A stretch of 49,352 nt of DNA from the NCBI GenBank assembly GCA_964535775.1, contig CAZHTV010000001.1:1-49352 (forward strand), in the 5' to 3' direction. The notes beneath the pieces are model-generated. The model was not told the origin of the DNA, did not search any database, and saw only the letters and a program-made list of their open reading frames with translations. Below are positions 42,908 to 49,352 of this stretch, one piece after another. Numbering within the stretch: the first letter of the stretch is position 1; every line of letters begins with the position of its first letter. The position numbers and the translations under genes are program-made. Source of the stretch: an uncultured Thermoplasmata archaeon. Its GTDB lineage: Archaea > Thermoplasmatota > Thermoplasmata > UBA10834.

Positions 42908-44542
42908 TTGAAGTTCGACATCGGCATCCTCGGAGGGAGGATAGTGGACGGAGCCGGCAACCCTTGGTACCACGGCGACGTCGGGATAGCCGGTAGGAAG
43001 ATAGTCAGGATAGGCAAGATCGAGAAGAGCAGGTGCGCCAGGTCGGTCGATGCGAAGGGGCTCTATGTGTGCCCCGGGTTCATAGACATACACACGCACT
43101 CCGACATCAACGCCTTCGTCTTCCCGGGATGTGACAGCACCCTCAGGCAGGGCGTGACGACCCATCTCATAGGCAACTGCGGGTCATCGGCCGCGCCCCT
43201 GAGAGAGCCCTATGTAGAAGTCTGGAAGAACTACTGGGGCGAATGGGCGGGCAAGTTCGACGAGGGCAAATGGAGGACCTTCGGGGACTACCTCAGGGTG
43301 CTCGAGAAGAACGGCGTGGGACACAACATCGCGGCGCTGGTCGGCCACGGAACGGTCAGGACGGCAGCCATGGGCGCCCAGAGGAGGGCTCCGACCAAGA
43401 GAGAGCTCGAGCTCATGAAGGACCTGGTGGACGAGGCGATGCGCTCGGGGGCCTTCGGGCTGTCAACAGGGCTCGTGTACCCCCCTGGAAGCTTCGCCAA
43501 GACCGAGGAGATCGTGGAGCTCTGCAAGGTCGTCGCGAGGTATGGCGGCATGTACGCGTCTCACATACGAGGGGAGCGCGAGACGGTCCTTGAAGCCATC
43601 CGCGAGGCTGTGCTCATAGGCAAGACGAGCGGGGTGAGGGTGCAGATATCGCACAACTGCCCCAAGATCGGCGCCTGGGGGTGGAGCGACAGGACCCTCG
43701 CACTCACAGAAGAAGCCAGGAAGAAGGGCTTCGATGTGACCTTGGACAACGATGTGCACACCGACCTCGCGCCAGCACTGAGCGGAGCGCTGCCCCAGTA
43801 CCTCCACGAGCTCACAAAGGAAGAGCTGATGGAACATCTCAGTTCCAGCAAGAACCGGGCCCGCATAAAGAAGGAGATCATCGATGATAAGCTGCCAGCC
43901 TTCGGACCCGCGGGACTCCTGAAGCACGGGTACTTCGACCGCATATTCCTGCTCCACTGCCCGAGGCAGAGGGAGCTCGAGGGGAAGACGATTGCCCAGG
44001 TCGCGAAGCAGAGGCGGAAGGAGGTCTTCGAGACCTACTTCGACCTCATCGTCGAGGAGAACGATGGCATAATCGCGATCTTCGATTACATACTCGAGAA
44101 GGACATCAAGAAGATCCTGACCCATCCTATAGTGATGGTCTCTTCCGACTGCGCCACATGGTCGGAGAAGGGGCCGCAGAGCTACATGCCCTGCGCGTTC
44201 GGGGAGTACCCGGGCATATTCGAGAGATATGTCAGGGACGAGCCCCTGCTGACGATACAGGAGGCCGTGAGGAAGATGACCAGCTTCCCTGCCCAGAAGA
44301 TGGGCCTTTACGACCGGGGGCTCATCAGGCCCGGTATGGCCGCCGACATCGCCACGATCGACCTCGAGAGGATCGAGGACAGGGCGACGAACCTCTGGCC
44401 CCACAGATATCCGTACAAGAACTACCCCCACAGGTACCCGAAGGGGATACCCTACGTAGTGGTCAACGGCAAGATCGCGGTCGACGACGAGAAGCAGACT
44501 AAGGTGCTCGCGGGCGAGGTCCTGAGGCACACCTGGCCCTGA
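42908..44542 (+). CDS. N-acyl-D-amino-acid deacylase (D-aminoacylase) family amidohydrolase
   Basis: 'DIGILGGRIVDGAGNPWYHGDVGIAGRKIVRIG', metal site 'PGFIDIHTHSD' and C-terminal 'GLIRPGMAADIATIDL ... GIPYVVVNG'. TTG start ~30 nt after TATA-like AGTATATAC. Confidence 0.85.
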   Translation: MKFDIGILGGRIVDGAGNPWYHGDVGIAGRKIVRIGKIEKSRCARSVDAKGLYVCPGFIDIHTHSDINAFVFPGCDSTLRQGVTTHLIGNCGSSAAPLREPYVEVWKNYWGEWAGKFDEGKWRTFGDYLRVLEKNGVGHNIAALVGHGTVRTAAMGAQRRAPTKRELELMKDLVDEAMRSGAFGLSTGLVYPPGSFAKTEEIVELCKVVARYGGMYASHIRGERETVLEAIREAVLIGKTSGVRVQISHNCPKIGAWGWSDRTLALTEEARKKGFDVTLDNDVHTDLAPALSGALPQYLHELTKEELMEHLSSSKNRARIKKEIIDDKLPAFGPAGLLKHGYFDRIFLLHCPRQRELEGKTIAQVAKQRRKEVFETYFDLIVEENDGIIAIFDYILEKDIKKILTHPIVMVSSDCATWSEKGPQSYMPCAFGEYPGIFERYVRDEPLLTIQEAVRKMTSFPAQKMGLYDRGLIRPGMAADIATIDLERIEDRATNLWPHRYPYKNYPHRYPKGIPYVVVNGKIAVDDEKQTKVLAGEVLRHTWP

Positions 44543-44551
44543 GGGCGCGCA

Positions 44552-45616
44552 TCAGATCTCGTACTTCCTGTACTCGCCCTCGCAGGGGTTGCCCCACAGG
44601 ACCCAAGCGGCCTTGTTCGTGAGGTCGAACGCGACCGAGAATATCGTCTTGGTCTGGTCGAACTCGCTCAGGGCCGGGTCGGGATGGCGGCATATGGACT
44701 CGTAGTAACCGACATGGTCCGAGAGCACCCTCTTGAAGGTCGACATGTCGACCTCGCCCAGCTCCCTCCTGAACAGCCTCTTGGCGCGGTTGTACCTGAC
44801 TATCGAGGAGAAGCGCGTGTGCAGGTTCGCCTCGAACTTCCACATCTTCGGTGACAGATAGTGGTTGGTATGGATCAGCCAGCCCTCCTCGGCATAGAGA
44901 GCGTCGAAGGCCGTCGCGGAACCCTCCATACTGTACATCTCCCCGTTCGAGTCGCAGACGATGTTGTTGAAGCTGTGGCCTCGGCCCTCGGGCATGGAGG
45001 CCTTCAGGGCCTCATATATCGATGTCTCCCTCAACACCTTCCTGCATGGGACGCCTTTGGGTATGCCGAGCCTGAGGTCGTTGGGCTCCAGGGCGTTTCC
45101 AGTCAGACTGATGCCCGCGGAGTTCATGCCCGCCGTGGGCCAGATGCCCCCGTAGTTCATGGCGATTATCGCGGGCTGGTCCTTGGGCCTGATGTGGGCT
45201 ATCGTTATGAAGGGCTGGTTGTGCGGACCCACATCTTCGTTGTGGACCGCGTAGACGACGTCGTCCTTGGTCCACTCGGCGTTGACGCAGATGTCAGTGC
45301 ACCCCCTGCCCTCCCGAGGGTAGTCGCAGCTCATCGTGTATATCGTGTCGAAGTCTATCCCCGTGCCCTCGGCGTAGCCCTCGAGTTCCTCGACGCTCTC
45401 GGCGTAGAACTGCCTCGTCAGGGGGAGGCTCTTCTTGGAGTACACGACGGCCTTCTGGAATCCCAGTCCTCCGGGGTCGTTCATCTCCCTCTTGAACAGC
45501 CTCTCCATCTTGAGCGCCTGGTCCCTGCACTGTTTGCCGATGGTCCTCCCGATCTGATAGTGGCTGCCGGAGGCGAAGACCTCCCTGAAGCACCTGCCGC
45601 CGCCCTTCTTGCTCAC
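44552..45616 (-). CDS. Peptidase C45 / acyl-CoA:6-aminopenicillanic-acid acyltransferase-like Ntn hydrolase
   Basis: 'GSHYQIGRTIGKQ' N-terminal block, candidate nucleophile in 'GRGCTDICVN', ~354 aa. GTG start. Confidence 0.65.
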   Translation of the reverse strand: MSKKGGGRCFREVFASGSHYQIGRTIGKQCRDQALKMERLFKREMNDPGGLGFQKAVVYSKKSLPLTRQFYAESVEELEGYAEGTGIDFDTIYTMSCDYPREGRGCTDICVNAEWTKDDVVYAVHNEDVGPHNQPFITIAHIRPKDQPAIIAMNYGGIWPTAGMNSAGISLTGNALEPNDLRLGIPKGVPCRKVLRETSIYEALKASMPEGRGHSFNNIVCDSNGEMYSMEGSATAFDALYAEEGWLIHTNHYLSPKMWKFEANLHTRFSSIVRYNRAKRLFRRELGEVDMSTFKRVLSDHVGYYESICRHPDPALSEFDQTKTIFSVAFDLTNKAAWVLWGNPCEGEYRKYEI

Positions 45617-45699
45617 GCCGACCGCTCTCCTCGCCCTGTCGCTGCTTGAAGCGCATCCGACATCAAAAGGTTGTTGATGCCCCGCACCCCTGACCGAAA

Positions 45700-45707
45700 A
45701 GGTTTAA
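45700..45707 (+). promoter_or_regulatory. BRE/TATA (CGAAAAGG-TTTAAGAA) for the zinc-ribbon mini-gene
   Basis: Box centre is ~30 nt upstream of the ATG at 45734, with no SD in between. Confidence 0.45.
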
Positions 45708-45733
45708 GAAAGGGCTCGCCTGTGCGCCGAAGC

Positions 45734-45922
45734 ATGCCCAAAGTGGAGCTCGAGTACAAGTGTAGGAAGTGCAAGAACGAGTACCCTGCGACGATCACAT
45801 ACACGGGCAGGATCGAGGACCTTGACCTCGACGAGAACCAGTCCCGGTGCCCGTTCTGCGGCGAGTGGAACTGCGCCGACCCCGCGTCAGTTCAACAGGT
45901 CATCGAAGATGCGAAGAAGTGA
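45734..45922 (+). CDS. 62-aa zinc-ribbon protein
   Basis: Two CxxC knuckles ('CRKC' ... 'CPFC') about 30 aa apart. It has its own TATA-like box. Start moved from the track ORF (45671). Confidence 0.5.
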   Translation: MPKVELEYKCRKCKNEYPATITYTGRIEDLDLDENQSRCPFCGEWNCADPASVQQVIEDAKK

Positions 45923-46096
45923 CCGCCGAAAGGCGTCGTTCGGGGAGCTTCTATCCACACGACGGTTTATATACACCAGTGTCGAGGAGTACGCCCTCAC
46001 GAGGTGCGCTTCTACGGAGACGGAATTGGACCACGCATCCCGCATACTGGCCAAGCCGAATCTACCCTCTAGATGAGGGCGCGTGGAACAACATTC

Positions 46097-46110
46097 ATAT
46101 ATCATAAATA
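46097..46110 (+). promoter_or_regulatory. AT-rich TATA-like element ATATATCATAAATA upstream of the giant SBP gene
   Basis: ~55-65 nt upstream of the ATG at 46164. A second box, TTTATATA, lies at ~45966. Confidence 0.4.
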
Positions 46111-46148
46111 GCGTTGCTGATGACCGTTCTTAAAGAAGGGGGCATAAC

Positions 46149-46157
46149 GGAGGGTGA
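46149..46157 (+). promoter_or_regulatory. Shine-Dalgarno GGAGGGTGA
   Basis: Complementary to the conserved CCUCC 3' end of 16S rRNA; 6-nt spacer to the ATG at 46164. Confidence 0.6.
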
Positions 46158-46163
46158 GTCTAG

Positions 46164-49100
46164 AATGAGAAATAGAGCAATACTAGTAGGGCTAGTGGCG
46201 CTGTTCACCGTAGTCTCAGGTTTCGCGGTAATGCCCGTGATGCCTGCGAAGGGTGCAGCGGAAGTGAATACGCTGTATCTTGCTATGCAGCAGGACATCC
46301 CGGACTTCAACACATACAACCTGGGATCGAACAGCGTTTGGAAGTCGAACGTCATAGGCTGGGGCTTTGAGTCCTTGGTCGGTCTCGACTACAACATGTT
46401 GCCGTACCCTGTGCTCGCTGAATCATGGGACTTCGACTCGGATACTCTGGAAGTCACAGTATATCTCAGAGAAGGGGTATACTTCCATGACCAGCCGGCC
46501 TTCGGGTACGCCAAGCAGGAGATGACTGCGGACGATGTGGTCTTCTGTTACAGAGCTGCCAGAGATGGCACGACATACTCATCGAACCTCATCAACGCGT
46601 TCGATGGCAATGGCGACGGCATCGTGGACGTCGACGAGATAAACGAAGCTGTTTGGAAGATCGACAAGTACACCGTGGGCATGAAGATGGCCAAGCCGTA
46701 CGGCCAGTTCTTCACGAGCACCCTAGGCCTGCCAATCATGCCGGAGGAGATATGGAACGAGACCGACGCCGGCCGCGTGAACACGGATGGCACGTACAAT
46801 GTGCTCTGGAACGACCCGCTGGCGACCGTCTCGACCGGACCGTACAAGTACAAGGAGGGCATCGCCAACACATACAGGCTGATGGTCAGGAACGAGGACT
46901 ACTGGGGAAGGGACTTCACGACCCCGGCAGGATACAAGATATTCCCACCGAACGTCCACCAGCTGTACTATAAGATCTACGCTAACATCGACACGGCGAT
47001 CCTCGCGCTGCAGGCCGGGGACGTCGACCACATAACATGGGCGATCACGGCTGGCCGTGTGCCAGGCCTCCAGGTCAACCCGAACATAGAAATGCAGTAC
47101 CTTGAGGACAACGGGTACTTCTACCTGGCCTTCAACCAGAAGATGCAGCCCATGAACCTGATCAAGTACAGACAGGCGATCTCGCACCTCATAGACAAGG
47201 AGCAGGTCGTCAACGTTTACATGGGCGGCTTCGGTTCGATGGGCACCGCTGTGGAGCCTCCGTTCTGGGGCGCATGGCACAACGAGTCGGTCGAGGCGTA
47301 CCCCTACGACGACCCGTTCGACGACACCTCCACGTTGCCTGAGGACCTGCTCGACGAGGCTGGCCTCACAGTGGGCCCCGACGGCTGGAGACGGCTGCCT
47401 GACGGCTCGCCGATGGAGAAGATCATCATCCTGACCCCGCCGGCCGACTACGACCCGATAAGGATCAGGGCCGGCCAGGCGATAGCCAAGAACATGAGAG
47501 AGGTCGGGATCAACGCGGAGGCCAAGGCCATCGATTTCGACACCCTCGTGGCGAGGATGACCTCGATGGACTTCCAGATGCTCATCATCGGCTGGTCGCT
47601 CAGCTCCGATGCGGTCGGGAACGTGTTCGACATACTGGGGCCGAAGGCGGCATCGAACACCTTCGGCTTCTGGTCTGTCGACGACCCGAACCCGTTCTAC
47701 AAGGACCTGCTGGGCGTGAACACGCTCGCGGACGACGAGACCCAGGAGCTCGCGAGGGAGGTCGACAGGCTCGGCCAGCTAGCGCAGCAGAGCTTCGACA
47801 TCGAGGAGCAGATATTCTACACGAGATGGGCGCAGGGCACGATCGCCGATGCGGTCCCGGTCAACGTCCTCTACTACCGGGTGAGCATACTGGCGTACAC
47901 TACCCGCTGGACCGGCTGGATACCATTCCTGGGTGACATATTCGGACCGGGGAGCAACATATACTCCCTGGCCAATCTGCAGCTATCAGGAGCGGCAGGA
48001 CCGGCCGGAGGCGCGACCCAGACTGTGAACCTAGGCATCTCCGCGCCGAGCAACGTCGGCAAGGGGAAGACGGCATCCGGGCATGTGATCGCCATCGACA
48101 ACCTCGGTTCGCCCGTAGCAGGCGCGACCGTTGACCTCTCAACGGCCAGCGTGGCTGGCGGAACGAGCACGGTGAGCGTGTCCCCGGCGTCGGGCACGAC
48201 CAACGCTCAGGGAGTGTTGGCCTTCACGGTGACAGGGACCGGGTCGGGGTATTCATACTTGAACGCCTCGACGACCGCAGACTCCGTGACATCGACCGAT
48301 TCGACCACAGTCCTGTCGGTGCCAGAGGTCGCGGAGACGCTGTACCTGTCGGTCACGCCTGCCAAGCAGGTGCTGATGCCAGGTGAGACTACTGCGGTCG
48401 ACCTGTACGTGATCGACGAGAGCGGCGACCCCGTCGAGGGCGCGAACGTCACCATCGACCCGAACCTGATCAGCTACGGTGGCATGGCGGACGAATTCCC
48501 ATATGTGCTCACCGGAGCCGACGGCACGGCTACCATGACCTACGAGGCCCCGGCGACGATACTCGACCTGAACACCCATCTGACCCTGACGCTGTCCTTC
48601 CAGGTTTCAAAGGATGGATACATGTGGAACAACACGGTGGCGGCCAACCTGCTAGTGTACAACGATGACGCTCCGGACTGGGTGATGGCGAGGGTCTCGA
48701 CTGTCTCCACGACTGCTCTGGACAACACAGGCAACGTCTCGGCGATAGCCATCGAGGCCGTGGACGACTCTGGCACAGTGCTGCCAAACCACAGGCTCGC
48801 TGTATCGTACAGTGACGAATCGATGGTGTTTGACCCGGTGACCTCCGTCGTCACGGATGTCAGCGGAATCGCGGCCTTGACTGTTCAGCTGAAGAACATG
48901 GCAGACTCGGGTGCGCTCAAGGTGACTGTTGGCAACGACACCGTGCTCAACTCGGTCTCGGCGTCCGTCACGCTGACCTTCGTCGGCACCACGCCACCGG
49001 CTGATGAGATGTACGGAGGGTACATCACCTTCACGGAGCCGGCCCAGTACCTGTTGCCCCTGGACGCCATCGAGATGAACGCATGGGTCTGGGACAGCGC

Positions 49101-49352
49101 GGGCGACCCCGCTGACGTGGATGCAGCGCTCGCAATCGGTGCGACACCGTACGGCACGCTGACATGGTCCGATGATATCAACTGGAACACGCTGTGGGAC
49201 TACCTCGGAACTAGTATCGTGTCCTTCCAGGACGGAGGGAACTATGTCACATCCGGCCCGCTGAACACGCCGTTCGACGAGGACAGCTACTGGACCTGGT
49301 ACTACGACAACTACGGCTGGCTCTTCTGGGAGTGGGGTGACATGACCGGAGT
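46164..49352 (+). CDS. Giant (>1063 aa, 3'-open) secreted protein: family-5 (peptide/nickel) solute-binding domain fused to an array of Ig-like (Big_1-like) domains
   Basis: My own translation, because the ORF has no stop in the window and is absent from the ORF track: 'MRNRAILVGLVALFTVVSGFAVMPVMPAKG' signal, then 'TLYLAMQQDIPDFN', 'GLDYNMLPYPVLAESWD', 'STGPYKYKEG' and 'MLIIGWSLSSD' SBP_bac_5 blocks. From ~48010 come Ig-like units ('GHVIAIDNLGSPVAGATVDLS...TTNAQGVLAFTVTG'). Confidence 0.88.
46603..46638 (+). other. EF-hand-type Ca2+-binding loop DGNGDGIVDVDE inserted in the SBP domain
   Basis: 12 residues matching D-x-[DNS]-x-[DNS]-G-x-[ILV]-[DSTN]-x-x-E exactly. Confidence 0.55.

Noticed and set aside
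43463-44530. 355-aa minus-strand ORF antisense to the D-aminoacylase gene
   Set aside because: Same reasoning: the plus frame has the amidohydrolase metal-site and C-terminal motifs, and the antisense translation is compositionally aberrant.
46118-46127. Possible C/D-box sRNA (UGAUGA at ~46121)
   Set aside because: No D box (CUGA) at an appropriate distance, no terminal stem, and the preceding base is not a purine. The element lies inside the promoter/leader of the SBP gene.
1-49352. Mobile elements, prophage, defence islands (restriction-modification, toxin-antitoxin, CRISPR-Cas)
   Set aside because: No transposase, integrase, recombinase, Cas, nuclease-helicase or toxin-like ORFs were recognised, and no terminal inverted or direct repeats were noticed. 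This is limited to inspection by eye, without similarity searches.

Overview
GC-rich, densely packed chromosomal segment that looks archaeal. The evidence is pelota, ABCE1, archaeosine synthase ArcS, IorAB, pyrBI, TrmB-type regulators, a PEF-CTERM sorting signal, and TATA boxes about 25-30 nt upstream of start codons; a Thermoplasmatota-like euryarchaeon is only a guess. I support about 42 protein-coding genes. By eye I found no rRNA, tRNA, CRISPR array, transposase or integrase. Housekeeping genes (pyrB-pyrI, metG, pelA, ABCE1, arcS, iorAB) are interspersed with three giant secreted proteins:
- 1344..6392: FG-GAP propellers, PKD stalk, one TM helix and a cytoplasmic domain.
- 28716..32009: CarboxypepD_reg-like and PKD modules with a PEF-CTERM.
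- 46164..49352: a family-5 solute-binding domain fused to an Ig-like array. It is open at the window end, so it is missing from the supplied ORF track.

Most worth a second look:
1. A ferredoxin-like gene whose first complete CxxCxxCxxxC motif lies upstream of any ATG/GTG/TTG, in frame with pyrI and separated from it by a single TGA.
2. A second gene (YdjM-like) with the same start problem, sharing a near-identical 16-nt element at the point where the conserved protein begins.
3. The integrin-like giant receptor with a roadblock/longin-like cytoplasmic tail.
4. A five-gene TusA / DsrE-family / DsrH / DsrE / DsrF sulfur-relay operon divergent from a TrmB-like regulator, with a perfect 12-bp palindrome over its TATA box.
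5. The unlisted giant SBP-Ig fusion next to a D-aminoacylase / C45 Ntn-hydrolase pair.

All family calls come from motif recognition by eye. No HMM, BLAST or structure searches were run. Several starts were moved from the ORF-track start to an internal codon on spacing and promoter grounds and remain uncertain.
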